The translations under genes and the position numbers were made by a program. 64,000 nt of DNA from Clostridia bacterium (lineage in GTDB: Bacteria; Bacillota; Clostridia; Christensenellales; Borkfalkiaceae). Of the stretch, positions 9,619 through 18,547 are shown piece after piece. The notes under the pieces were generated by a model, which ran no database searches, was not told where the DNA came from, and saw nothing but the letters and a program-made list of their open reading frames with translations. Numbering within the stretch: the first letter of the stretch is position 1; each line of letters starts with the position of its first letter. The stretch spans positions 8,848 through 72,847 of the forward strand of contig JAFWXO010000013.1 in NCBI GenBank assembly GCA_017545865.1. Direction: 5' to 3'.

Positions 9619-10972
9619 GACGAATAGAGAAGATTACAAAAAAGAACTTGAAGAAGTTATTTATATGTTTTCTACGGGCGAAGATTTAACCGTTGAGCAT
9701 TTTCAAACTCAAAACGGTTATAATTACGTGGACGGCGTTACCTTAAACGGCAACGCTTTTTCGTTTGAAAACTATCACGAGTGGACTGACGCTTTAGATA
9801 AAAAACGCTTTGAAAAAAGATTTTCTAAACTTGCGCTTTACCTGTCCCTTTCTAAGCATTACGGGGTTAAACTTCCTTGGGGAGCGTTAACGGGTATTCG
9901 CCCGATTAAAATGGCAAGGGACTTAGGTGAAGATTTTGAGCGTACGTTTACTGAAATTTTTGACGTTTCGCCCAAAAAAACCGCTCTCGTTAAGGAAATT
10001 ATTGAAAACCAACGTGGAATTTTCGACGGGGGAAAACACTCTGGGCTTTTCGTGGGGATACCATTTTGCCCGTCAAAGTGCGCGTATTGTTCGTTTGCAT
10101 CGGAAATCGTTTCTAAAAGTAAATTCGTTAAAGAGTATACTAACGCTCTTACAAAGGAAATACTTTCTTTAAAGGGGAAACTAAGTAACGTTAGAAGCGC
10201 GTATATAGGCGGTGGCACGCCCGTGTGTTTGCCAAGCGAAGAACTTGAAAAAATACTCAGCGCAACGCGTGAAGTTTTACAGGACAGTAGCGTTGAATTT
10301 ACCGTAGAAGCAGGCAGGCCCGACGTTATTACGCGAGAAAATTTAGCGCTCTTAAAAGAGTTTGGTGTTACCAGAATTTGCGTTAATCCGCAAACCTTTT
10401 CAAACAAAACGCTTGCCCTTATCGGAAGAAACCACACCGCCGAGCAAACGGTTGAAAAACTGTTGCTTGCAAAAGAGTTCGGGTTTATTATCAACGCTGA
10501 TCTTATAGCAGGGCTTCAAGGCGAAACGCTTGATGATTTTAAAAACTCGGTTGACACGGCTATTAAACTTGATTTTGATAATATTACCGTTCACACCCTT
10601 TGCTTGAAAAAGGGCGCTAAGTTAAAAACGGAAACGGAAAGATTAAAGGTTAATGGCATTGATGAAATGATTGATTACTCTCGCCAAGCGCTTGAAAACG
10701 CGGGGTACAAGCCTTATTATCTTTACCGCCAAAAATACGCCGCAGGCAATCTTGAAAACACAGGGTATTCTAAAAAGGGCAAAGAGTGCGTTTACAACGT
10801 TGACGTTATGGAAGAGTGTTCTAATAACCCCGCTTGTGGCGCAAACGCCGTTTCAAAGCGAGTGTTTTTATCTGAAAACCGCATTGAAAGATACGGTTCG
10901 CCTAAGGATATTAAGACGTATATTGAAAAAATCGACAAAATAATTGCCGAGAAAGAGCAATTTTTCAAATAA
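9611..10972 (+). CDS. radical-SAM coproporphyrinogen-dehydrogenase-like protein (HemZ/HemN family)
   Basis: 453 aa. Has a CxxxCxxC cluster motif (CPSKCAYCSF), the HemN-like GGGTP motif, and a long N-terminal extension as in HemZ-type proteins. Confidence 0.75.
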   Translation: MIKTNREDYKKELEEVIYMFSTGEDLTVEHFQTQNGYNYVDGVTLNGNAFSFENYHEWTDALDKKRFEKRFSKLALYLSLSKHYGVKLPWGALTGIRPIKMARDLGEDFERTFTEIFDVSPKKTALVKEIIENQRGIFDGGKHSGLFVGIPFCPSKCAYCSFASEIVSKSKFVKEYTNALTKEILSLKGKLSNVRSAYIGGGTPVCLPSEELEKILSATREVLQDSSVEFTVEAGRPDVITRENLALLKEFGVTRICVNPQTFSNKTLALIGRNHTAEQTVEKLLLAKEFGFIINADLIAGLQGETLDDFKNSVDTAIKLDFDNITVHTLCLKKGAKLKTETERLKVNGIDEMIDYSRQALENAGYKPYYLYRQKYAAGNLENTGYSKKGKECVYNVDVMEECSNNPACGANAVSKRVFLSENRIERYGSPKDIKTYIEKIDKIIAEKEQFFK

Positions 10973-11097
10973 AGGCAAAAAACTGTTGCGTTTTAAAAAT
11001 TTATATGTTAATATAATTGTAGACTTTTTTCTGGGTTTCGCGATTGCTCTACGCATTGCTCGGATAAAAGCGTAATAATTTCCATAATGGAGGATAA

Positions 11098-11367
11098 ATG
11101 AAAATGGAAAAAGAAATTAAAGCAGGTATTATTGACAGTTACAAAACTCACGAAGGCGACACTGGTTCGGTTGAAGTTCAAGTTGCTCTTTTAACTGAAA
11201 GAATCAATCACTTGAACGAACACTTAAAGAACAACAAGCAAGACAACCACTCAAGACGTGGTCTTATGAAAATGGTTGGTAAGAGAAAAGGTCTTTTAGA
11301 CTACCTTAAGTCGAAAGACATTGAAGCGTACAGAACGCTCATTGCCAAACTCGGTCTTCGTAAATAA
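11098..11367 (+). CDS. rpsO: 30S ribosomal protein S15
   Basis: 89 aa, S15-like sequence ([31 protein letters not shown]). GGAGG lies at 11089-11093. The start could instead be ATG 11104. Confidence 0.9.
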   Translation: MKMEKEIKAGIIDSYKTHEGDTGSVEVQVALLTERINHLNEHLKNNKQDNHSRRGLMKMVGKRKGLLDYLKSKDIEAYRTLIAKLGLRK

Positions 11368-11378
11368 GAAAGAATTTT

Positions 11379-11409
11379 GGGGAGTAGCGTTGATACTCCC
11401 CATTTTTTT
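11379..11409 (+). terminator. intrinsic terminator after rpsO
   Basis: 8-bp stem ggggagta / tactcccc (11379-11386 / 11394-11401), then attttttt. Confidence 0.8.
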
Positions 11410-11426
11410 AATTTTGATACGTTCGG

Positions 11427-11451
11427 TTTTTACGCTAAGTTTGCGTAAAAA
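11427..11451 (+). promoter_or_regulatory. AT-rich 9-bp hairpin in the pnp leader
   Basis: tttttacgc (11427-11435) pairs with gcgtaaaaa (11443-11451), about 40 nt upstream of the pnp start. Function is unknown. In E. coli the pnp leader carries a processing hairpin, but I cannot show any equivalence. Confidence 0.3.
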
Positions 11452-11489
11452 TTTAATCAGAGAATAAGAAAAAGTTTAAGGAGAAAGAG

Positions 11490-13589
11490 ATGTTAGAAAA
11501 TTTTAAAGTTTTCAAGACTACTATCGGCGGTAAAGAAGTTATCGTTGAAGTAGGTAAGTACGCTCAACAAGCAAACGGTTCTTGCGTTATCAGATGCGGT
11601 GAAACGGTTGTTATGGTGAACGCTACTATGGCTCCCACTGCTAGAGAAGGTATGGATTTCTTCCCCCTCAGCGTGGATTACGAAGAAAAAATGTATGCTA
11701 TCGGTAAAATTCCCGGTGGCTTCAAAAAGAGAGAAGGTAGAGCAAGCGATAAGGCTATCTTAGTTTCAAGACTTATCGACAGGCCTATCCGTCCCCTTTT
11801 CCCCAAGGGCATTTTCAACGACGTAACCGTTGTTGCAACTGCTTTATCGGTTGACGTTAACGTTTCACCAGAACCCCTTGCAATGCTCGGTAGTTCTATC
11901 GCGCTTTCTATCTCGGATATTCCGTGGCAAGGTCCTACCGGTTCAGTTCAAGTTGGCATGGTTGATGGGGAATACGTTATTAACCCTGACGTTGCTCAGC
12001 GTGAAGCAAGCGAATTAAGTTTATCCCTTTCCGGTACTAAAGACGCTATTATGATGGTTGAAGCAGGCGCTAAGGAAATTGAAGACGAACAAATGATTAA
12101 GGCAATCTTGTTCGGTCACGAAGAAATTAAGCGTCAATGCGAATTTATCGAAGGCATCGTTGCTCAGTGCGGTAAAAAGAAGATTGAAATGGATCTTTAC
12201 AAGATTCCCGAAGATCTTGATAACGCCGTTAGAGCATACGCATCTGAAAAACTTGACTACGCTCTTGATACTTTTGATAGAGAAGTTCGCCAAGAACGTC
12301 AAGACGAAGTTGAAAAAGACTGTTTAGCGCACTTTGCCGATATCTATCCCGATATGGCAAGAGAAATCAAAGATTCTCTTTACTACATCACTAAAGAAAA
12401 GGTTAGAGCAAAAATTACCAACAACGGCGTTCGCCCTGACGGTAGAACTTTAACTGAAATTAGACCTATTTGGTGTGAACACGGCGTTCTTCCGAGAGTT
12501 CACGGTTCGGGCGTATTCACTCGTGGTCAAACTCAAGTTTTAACTACTTGTACTTTAGGCACAATTTCAGAAGTTCAAAAACTCGAAGGTTTAGACGAAG
12601 AAGTTTCTAAGAGATACATGCACCACTATAACATGCCTGGTTACGCTTCCGGCGAAGCAAAACCGCTTAGAAGTCCTGGCCGTCGTGAAATCGGTCACGG
12701 CGCGCTTGCTGAAAGAGCGCTTGAACCCGTTATTCCGAGTGAAGAAGAGTTCCCGTATGCAATAAGACTCGTTTCTGAAGTATTATCTTCTAACGGTTCT
12801 ACTTCTCAAGGTTCTGTTTGCGGTTCTACTATGGCTCTTATGGACGCGGGCGTTCCCATTTCTCGCCCCGTTGCAGGTATCGCTATGGGTCTTATCAAAG
12901 ACGTTGAGTCTGGTAAAGTTTCCGTTATGAGCGATATTCAAGGCTTAGAAGACTTCCTTGGCGATATGGACTTCAAGGTTGCAGGTACTACTAAGGGTAT
13001 TACCGCAATCCAAATGGATATTAAGATTAAGGGTATTGACGAAGCGATTTTACGCCAAGCAATCAAGCAAGCAAACGAAGGTAGACAACACATTTTAAAC
13101 AAAATGCTTGAATGTATCCCTGCAGTTAACGAAAATCTTTCTAAATACGCTCCCAAGATTATTTCTTTCAATATTGATCCTGAAAAGATTAAAGACGTTA
13201 TCGGTTCTGGCGGTAAGACTATCAACAAGATTATCGCTGAAACTGGCGTTAAGATTGATATTGACGATTCCGGTAAGGTATTCATCGCTACTTACGGCGA
13301 AGATATGGAACAAGCAAATAAAGCAAAAGCCATCATTACCGCTATCGTAAGAGATTTAGAAGTTGGCGATATGTTTATTTCCACCGTCGTTAGAATTTTA
13401 CCTAAGGTTGGCGCGTTCTGTGAACTTGCTCCTGGTAAAGACGGTATGATTCACATTTCTAAGATGAGCAAAGAAAGAATTAACAGCGTTGAAGAAGTTT
13501 TATCTATCGGCGATACCGTTAAGGTTGAAATTATCAAGATTTCCGATAAGGGCGTTGACCTTAAACTTCTTGAAAAAATCGAAGGCTAA
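11490..13589 (+). CDS. pnp: polyribonucleotide nucleotidyltransferase (PNPase)
   Basis: 699 aa. Two RNase-PH-like halves followed by KH (GSGGKTINKI) and S1 C-terminal domains. Canonical rpsO-pnp synteny. Confidence 0.93.
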   Translation: MLENFKVFKTTIGGKEVIVEVGKYAQQANGSCVIRCGETVVMVNATMAPTAREGMDFFPLSVDYEEKMYAIGKIPGGFKKREGRASDKAILVSRLIDRPIRPLFPKGIFNDVTVVATALSVDVNVSPEPLAMLGSSIALSISDIPWQGPTGSVQVGMVDGEYVINPDVAQREASELSLSLSGTKDAIMMVEAGAKEIEDEQMIKAILFGHEEIKRQCEFIEGIVAQCGKKKIEMDLYKIPEDLDNAVRAYASEKLDYALDTFDREVRQERQDEVEKDCLAHFADIYPDMAREIKDSLYYITKEKVRAKITNNGVRPDGRTLTEIRPIWCEHGVLPRVHGSGVFTRGQTQVLTTCTLGTISEVQKLEGLDEEVSKRYMHHYNMPGYASGEAKPLRSPGRREIGHGALAERALEPVIPSEEEFPYAIRLVSEVLSSNGSTSQGSVCGSTMALMDAGVPISRPVAGIAMGLIKDVESGKVSVMSDIQGLEDFLGDMDFKVAGTTKGITAIQMDIKIKGIDEAILRQAIKQANEGRQHILNKMLECIPAVNENLSKYAPKIISFNIDPEKIKDVIGSGGKTINKIIAETGVKIDIDDSGKVFIATYGEDMEQANKAKAIITAIVRDLEVGDMFISTVVRILPKVGAFCELAPGKDGMIHISKMSKERINSVEEVLSIGDTVKVEIIKISDKGVDLKLLEKIEG

Positions 13590-13611
13590 CTCGTAAACCG
13601 AGTTTAAGTAA

Positions 13612-13643
13612 GGCTCGGAACTTATCGTTCCGAGCCATTTTTT
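13612..13643 (+). terminator. intrinsic terminator-like hairpin after pnp
   Basis: 10-bp stem ggctcggaac / gttccgagcc (13612-13621 / 13627-13636), loop ttatc, then a T6 run (13638-13643). Confidence 0.75.
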
Positions 13644-13654
13644 AAAGGTGAATT

Positions 13655-14938
13655 ATGAAAAACTATTCTTTAGAAACCAAATGCGTTCAAGCAGGTTACA
13701 CTCCAAAAAACGGCGAACCAAGAGAAATGCCTATTTATCAAAGCACCACGTTTAAGTACGATACCAGCGAAGATATGGGCAAACTTTTCGACTTAGAGGC
13801 AAGTGGTTATTTCTATTCAAGGCTTCAAAACCCCACTTGCGACTACGTTGCCGCTAAAATTTGCGAACTTGAAGGCGGTAGCGCCGCTATGCTCACGTCA
13901 AGCGGTCAAGCGGCAAACTTCTTCTCAATTTTCAATATAGCAAACGCAGGCGATCACGTTATTTCTTCCGCGTCAATCTACGGTGGAACTTTTAACCTTT
14001 TCAACGTTACTATGAGAAAAATGGGCATTGAATTTACTTTCGTTTCTCCAGAAGCGAGCGAAGAAGAAATTCAAGCGGCGTTTAGACCTAACACCAAAGC
14101 GGTGTTTGGTGAAACGATTGCTAACCCCACGCTTCACGTTTTAGATATTGAAAAGTTTGCAAAAGTAGCGCACAAAAACGGCGTTCCGCTTATTATTGAT
14201 AATACTTTCCCAACTCCAGTATTCTGCCGTCCTTTCGAGTGGGGCGCAGATATCGTTACTCACGCTACCACTAAGTATATGGACGGGCACGCGTCAACAA
14301 TCGGTGGTTGTATCGTTGATAGCGGTAAGTTTGACTGGCTTGCTCACAAGGAAAAATACCCCGGTCTTACCACGCCAGACGATAGTTATCACGGCATTGT
14401 TTACGCTGAAAAGTTTGGTAAAGAAGGCGCTTATATTACTAAGGCAACCGCCCAACTTATGAGAGATTTCGGTTGCACTCAATCTCCGCAAAGCGCTTAC
14501 TATATCAACTTAGGTCTTGAAAGTTTACACGTTCGTATGCCCAAACATAACGAAAACGCCTTAAAGGTCGCTGAATTTTTGAAAAACGACGATCGCGTTG
14601 AGTGGGTTATCTTCCCGGGACTTAAAGGCGATAAGTATTACGACCTTGCTCAAAAATATATGCCGAACGGCACTTGTGGCGTTGTAAGTTTTGGTGTTAA
14701 GGGTGGTAGAGCAAACGCTGAAAAGTTTATGAAGAGTTTAAAGCTTGCCGCTATTGAAACCCACGTTGCCGATGCAAGAACTTGTGTTTTACACCCTGCA
14801 AACGCAACTCACCGCCAACTTTCTGACGCGCAACTTGAAGCAGCCGGCATTTCGCCCAACCTTATAAGGTTCTCTTGCGGTATTGAGTCTGCTGAAGATT
14901 TGATTGCAGATATTAACCAAGCATTAGATAATATTTAA
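13655..14938 (+). CDS. O-acetylhomoserine/O-acetylserine sulfhydrylase (PLP-dependent, MetY/CysD type)
   Basis: 427 aa of the Cys/Met-metabolism PLP family, with the PLP-lysine context HATTKYMDGH. SD-like aaggtg at 13645-13650. Confidence 0.85.
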   Translation: MKNYSLETKCVQAGYTPKNGEPREMPIYQSTTFKYDTSEDMGKLFDLEASGYFYSRLQNPTCDYVAAKICELEGGSAAMLTSSGQAANFFSIFNIANAGDHVISSASIYGGTFNLFNVTMRKMGIEFTFVSPEASEEEIQAAFRPNTKAVFGETIANPTLHVLDIEKFAKVAHKNGVPLIIDNTFPTPVFCRPFEWGADIVTHATTKYMDGHASTIGGCIVDSGKFDWLAHKEKYPGLTTPDDSYHGIVYAEKFGKEGAYITKATAQLMRDFGCTQSPQSAYYINLGLESLHVRMPKHNENALKVAEFLKNDDRVEWVIFPGLKGDKYYDLAQKYMPNGTCGVVSFGVKGGRANAEKFMKSLKLAAIETHVADARTCVLHPANATHRQLSDAQLEAAGISPNLIRFSCGIESAEDLIADINQALDNI

Positions 14939-14949
14939 CAGGAGTTACT

Positions 14950-15870
14950 ATGCCCATTAAAATTCCTAACGGCTTACCTGCCGCCGAAATGCTCCTTAAC
15001 GAAAATATATTCGTTATGAACGAGATTAGGGCGGAAAGTCAGGATATAAGACCGTTAAAGATAGTTTTACTAAATTTAATGCCGACGAAAATCGTAACTG
15101 AAACTCAGTTTTCTCGCCTTCTCGGTAACACGCCGTTACAAGTTGAGTTAACTCTTTTAACCATGTCTTCTCACGAGTCTAAAAACACGTCTAAAGAGCA
15201 CATGATAGCGTTCTATAAAACGTTTGACGAAATAAAAGATGAAAGCTTTGACGGTATGATTGTAACTGGCGCTCCCGTCGAGCATTACGACTATGAAAAA
15301 GTTGATTATTGGCAGGAATTATGCACGATTTTCGACTGGGCAAAAGAGCGTGTTCACAGCACCGTTTTCATTTGTTGGGGGGCTCAAGCGTCATTATATC
15401 ACTACTACGGTGTTGAGAAATTGATGCTTGACCAAAAATTATCGGGTGTTTACACGCACACGGTTGTAGATAAAAAATCAATGCTCGTTCGCGGGTTTGA
15501 CGATTTGTTTTTTGCTCCTCACTCACGCCATAGCGGTATTGATGAAGATAAGGTTTACGCGACTAAAGAATTAAAAGTTTTGGCAAAGTCTGATAAAGCA
15601 GGCATTTATCTTATAAAGTCAACGGATAATTCTCAAGTGTTTATAACGGGGCACTCCGAATACGACTGGGATACGCTTAAAAAGGAATACGAAAGGGATA
15701 AACTTGCAGGATTAAACCCGAATATCCCCGAAAACTATTTCCCCGATAATGATGATACTAAACAACCTATCGTTAGTTGGAGAGCGCACGCTAATCTTCT
15801 TTTTTACAACTGGCTCAACTATTTCGTATATCAATCAACTCCTTACGATTTATCACAACTTAAAAAATAA
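14950..15870 (+). CDS. metA: homoserine O-acyltransferase (MetA family)
   Basis: 306 aa. MetA-type N-terminus MPIKIPNGLPA and the catalytic Cys context FICWGAQA. Confidence 0.88.
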   Translation: MPIKIPNGLPAAEMLLNENIFVMNEIRAESQDIRPLKIVLLNLMPTKIVTETQFSRLLGNTPLQVELTLLTMSSHESKNTSKEHMIAFYKTFDEIKDESFDGMIVTGAPVEHYDYEKVDYWQELCTIFDWAKERVHSTVFICWGAQASLYHYYGVEKLMLDQKLSGVYTHTVVDKKSMLVRGFDDLFFAPHSRHSGIDEDKVYATKELKVLAKSDKAGIYLIKSTDNSQVFITGHSEYDWDTLKKEYERDKLAGLNPNIPENYFPDNDDTKQPIVSWRAHANLLFYNWLNYFVYQSTPYDLSQLKK

Positions 15871-15874
15871 AATT

Positions 15875-15907
15875 ACTCCGCTTGACGTTTCAAGCGGAGT
15901 TTTTATT
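15875..15907 (+). terminator. intrinsic terminator after metA
   Basis: 10-bp stem actccgcttg / caagcggagt (15875-15884 / 15891-15900), then ttttatt. Confidence 0.8.
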
Positions 15908-15967
15908 ATTTTGTTAAAAAACGAGCAAAAAACGTACCGTTTTTAGTATTTTATTTATAATACCCCC

Positions 15968-15996
15968 TTGAAAAAATAACAGTTATATTATATAAT
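15968..15996 (+). promoter_or_regulatory. near-consensus sigma-A promoter upstream of tRNA-Gly
   Basis: TTGAAA (15968-15973), exactly 17-nt spacer, TATAAT (15991-15996). The tRNA starts 20 nt downstream. Confidence 0.7.
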
Positions 15997-16015
15997 AAAT
16001 ATATATTACATGCGC

Positions 16016-16089
16016 GCGGATGTAGTTTAGTGGCAAAACGACGGCTTCCCAAGCCGTAGTTGTGGGTTCGATTCCCATCATCCGCTCCA
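16016..16089 (+). tRNA. tRNA-Gly (anticodon CCC)
   Basis: Hand-folded cloverleaf: acceptor gcggatg / catccgc, anticodon stem acggc / gccgt with loop ttCCCaa, T arm gtggg-ttcgatt-cccat, discriminator T, and an encoded CCA. Confidence 0.9.
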
Positions 16090-16094
16090 TTTAG

Positions 16095-16127
16095 GTTTTG
16101 GTAGGCGTAGTTGCGTTTTGGTAGGCG
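16095..16127 (+). repeat. 13-nt direct repeat (two copies) between the tRNA and the first polysaccharide gene
   Basis: gttttggtaggcg occurs at 16095-16107 and again at 16115-16127 (20-nt period). A related gcgtaggtaggg follows at about 16136. Confidence 0.6.
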
Positions 16128-16150
16128 CAAAATTAGCGTAGGTAGGGAAA

Positions 16151-17221
16151 ATGAAAAAGGTACTTATATTAGCAAATGAAGATACTCACGTTTTGCATTT
16201 TAGGAGTGAGCTTATAGTTGCTCTTGTAAAAAATGGTAACGAAGTAATCGTTAGTATTCCAAAAAGTAACCGTAAGGATGAAATTATTGCGCTTGGCGCT
16301 AAAGTTGTTGAAACAAATCTTTCAAGGCATGGGAAAAACCCCTTGAAAGATTTAAAACTTTTAAAAGAATATAAACTGCTAATTAAGGAACTTAAGCCAA
16401 ATATTGTTTTTAGTTTCACCGTAAAGCCGAACGTTTACGGTGGTTTGGCATGTAGAAAACTTAAAGTTCCGTTTGTTGCAAATATAACTGGGCTTGGAGT
16501 TATTGGGCAAAAAGGCTTGTTGCAAAAAATTACGTTATGGCTTTGTAAAAAAGGTTTAAAAGATGCAAAGTGCGTCTTTTTCCAAAACGAGTCTAACAAA
16601 GAATTTTTTGAGAGTAAAAAAATCGTTAAAGGGAACGTTGAACTTTTGCCTGGTTCGGGTGTAAATTTGGAAAAATATTATTATTCCGAATATCCGAGCG
16701 ATAACGTATCAAATTTATTGTTTGTTGGTAGAATTGTTAAAGATAAAGGCGCATACGAACTTGCTTCTACGGCTAAGCATTTCTTAGGTGATAATAGAGT
16801 AAGGTTTACAATACTTGGAACTTGTGAATACGGTTTTGAAAACCCGTTTGAAAATCTTCCAAACGTTGAGTGCAAAGGTTACGATAAAAACGTACGCGCG
16901 CACGTTGAAGATGCGCACGCGATAATATTGCCTTCTTATCACGAAGGTATGGCAAACGTTTTGCTTGAAGGCGCGGCTAGTGGTAGACCGGTTTTAGCGT
17001 CTAATATCCCAGGTTGCAAAGAGTCTTTTGATGAAGGTGTTACGGGTTTTGGCTTTACCGTAAAAGACGCGCAAGATACGATAAGAGCAGTTGAAAAGTT
17101 CTTATCGCTTTCTTACGAAGAAAAGCGCCAAATGGGTATTCTCGGCAGAAAAAAGATGGAAAATCAATTTGATAGAAACATCGTTATCGGCAAATATCTT
17201 GATAAGTTGGGAGAAGTTTAA
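16151..17221 (+). CDS. glycosyltransferase, GT4/GT1-type (GT-B fold)
   Basis: 356 aa. C-terminal retaining-GT motif ILPSYHEGMANVLLEGAASGRPVLASNIPG (E-x7-E type). Confidence 0.8.
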   Translation: MKKVLILANEDTHVLHFRSELIVALVKNGNEVIVSIPKSNRKDEIIALGAKVVETNLSRHGKNPLKDLKLLKEYKLLIKELKPNIVFSFTVKPNVYGGLACRKLKVPFVANITGLGVIGQKGLLQKITLWLCKKGLKDAKCVFFQNESNKEFFESKKIVKGNVELLPGSGVNLEKYYYSEYPSDNVSNLLFVGRIVKDKGAYELASTAKHFLGDNRVRFTILGTCEYGFENPFENLPNVECKGYDKNVRAHVEDAHAIILPSYHEGMANVLLEGAASGRPVLASNIPGCKESFDEGVTGFGFTVKDAQDTIRAVEKFLSLSYEEKRQMGILGRKKMENQFDRNIVIGKYLDKLGEV

Positions 17222-17224
17222 TTT

Positions 17225-18541
17225 ATGTTCAAGAATCTATACGAAGCAATTATAAATGGTGCGGAAAAGATTTCGATAATAGGCTTAGGTTACGTCGGAA
17301 TGCCGATTGCCGTTGCTTTTGCTAAGAAGGTAGACGTTATAGGGTTTGATTTAAACAAAGAAAAGATTGAACTTTATAAGTCGGGAATAGATCCAACCAA
17401 AGAAGTTGGAGATGAAGAAATTAAAAAATCAAAGGTGTGTTGGACGGCGAACGAGAGCGACTTAAAAAAGGCAAAGTTTCATATAGTTGCTGTTCCCACG
17501 CCGGTATATGATGATCATACGCCAGACTTAACTCCCGTTAAAAGCGCAAGTAAGATACTCGGTAGGAATTTAACAAAAGGTAGCGTAGTTGTTTTTGAAT
17601 CGACGGTATATCCAGGCGTTACCGAAGACGTTTGCTTGCCTATTTTGGAAAAAGAATCGGGGCTTAAGTGCGGAGTTGATTTTAAAATAGGTTATTCTCC
17701 GGAGAGAATCAATCCAGGCGATAAAGTTCATAGACTTGAAACCATAACTAAAATCGTTTCGGGCATGGATGAAGAAACATTAGATATCGTTGCTAAGGTT
17801 TACGAAATAGTGGTAGAAGCAGGCGTGTATAAGGCGTCGTCTATAAAAGTGGCTGAAGCAGCAAAGGTTATTGAAAATAGTCAACGCGATATAAACATTG
17901 CGTTTATGAATGAACTTTCAATAATTTTCAATAAAATGGGTATTGACACCAAGTCTGTTTTAGAAGCGGCTGGAACTAAGTGGAATTTCTTAAAATTTTT
18001 CCCTGGTTTAGTTGGTGGGCACTGTATTGGTGTTGATCCGTATTATCTCACTTACAAAGCGGAACAACTCGGTTATCATAGCCAAATTATTCTTGCAGGA
18101 AGAAGAATTAATGACGATATGGGTAAATACGTTGCTGAAAACGTGGTTAAAAACCTTATTCGTGCGGATAAGTCGGTAAAAAACGCTAAAGTTGCGATTT
18201 TAGGTTTTACGTTTAAAGAAAATTGCCCAGATACTAGAAACACTAAAGTAATAAGTATAGTTAACGAACTGAAAGAATATGGTATTGATCCTATAATTTC
18301 CGATCCGCAAGCCGATAGCGAAGAAGCAAAAAAACTTTACGGGCTTGATTTTGTAGATCTAGAAGATATTCGTGGAGTAGACGCAGTTGTTTTAGCCGTT
18401 TCTCACTCGTGTTTTGCAAACCTAAAAGTTGAAGACTTTGATAGGTTTTATGGCAGTGGCAAAAAAGTATTACTTGACGTTAAGGGCTTGTTGGATAGAA
18501 ATACCTTTGAAAAACAAGGTTACGATTATTGGAGATTGTAA
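17225..18541 (+). CDS. nucleotide-sugar 6-dehydrogenase (TviB/WbpO/Cap5O-like UDP-HexNAc dehydrogenase)
   Basis: 438 aa. Rossmann motif GLGYVGMP, catalytic Cys context [12 protein letters not shown]-glucose/GDP-mannose dehydrogenase family layout. Confidence 0.8.
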   Translation: MFKNLYEAIINGAEKISIIGLGYVGMPIAVAFAKKVDVIGFDLNKEKIELYKSGIDPTKEVGDEEIKKSKVCWTANESDLKKAKFHIVAVPTPVYDDHTPDLTPVKSASKILGRNLTKGSVVVFESTVYPGVTEDVCLPILEKESGLKCGVDFKIGYSPERINPGDKVHRLETITKIVSGMDEETLDIVAKVYEIVVEAGVYKASSIKVAEAAKVIENSQRDINIAFMNELSIIFNKMGIDTKSVLEAAGTKWNFLKFFPGLVGGHCIGVDPYYLTYKAEQLGYHSQIILAGRRINDDMGKYVAENVVKNLIRADKSVKNAKVAILGFTFKENCPDTRNTKVISIVNELKEYGIDPIISDPQADSEEAKKLYGLDFVDLEDIRGVDAVVLAVSHSCFANLKVEDFDRFYGSGKKVLLDVKGLLDRNTFEKQGYDYWRL

Positions 18542-18547
18542 TTAGTT

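Noticed and set aside
9859-10494. Long antisense or alternate-frame ORFs inside known genes, for example 9859-10494(-), 26795-27229(-), 62940-63359(-), 62084-62449(-), 7676-8092(-), 1463-1888(-), 3057-3401(-), 12938-13285(-), 44758-45114(-).
   Set aside because: All lie wholly within strongly supported genes on the other strand or frame. They have low-complexity S/L/F/K-rich translations with no motifs and no RBS, typical of shadow ORFs.
10973-11097. Possible third copy of the intergenic element in the rpsO leader (gcgtaataatttcc resembles ggcgtaatacatcg).
   Set aside because: Only about 8 nt match, and none of the other conserved blocks (gccttgtctt, ccttc, tcct tail) is present. I judged it a chance match.
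15871-16150. tRNA-Gly as an integration site for a genomic island (the polysaccharide locus).
   Set aside because: No integrase is present, and no duplication of the tRNA 3' end is visible at the far end of the locus (around 38390-38445). The 13-nt direct repeats do not resemble the tRNA sequence. I kept only the compositional-mosaic observation.
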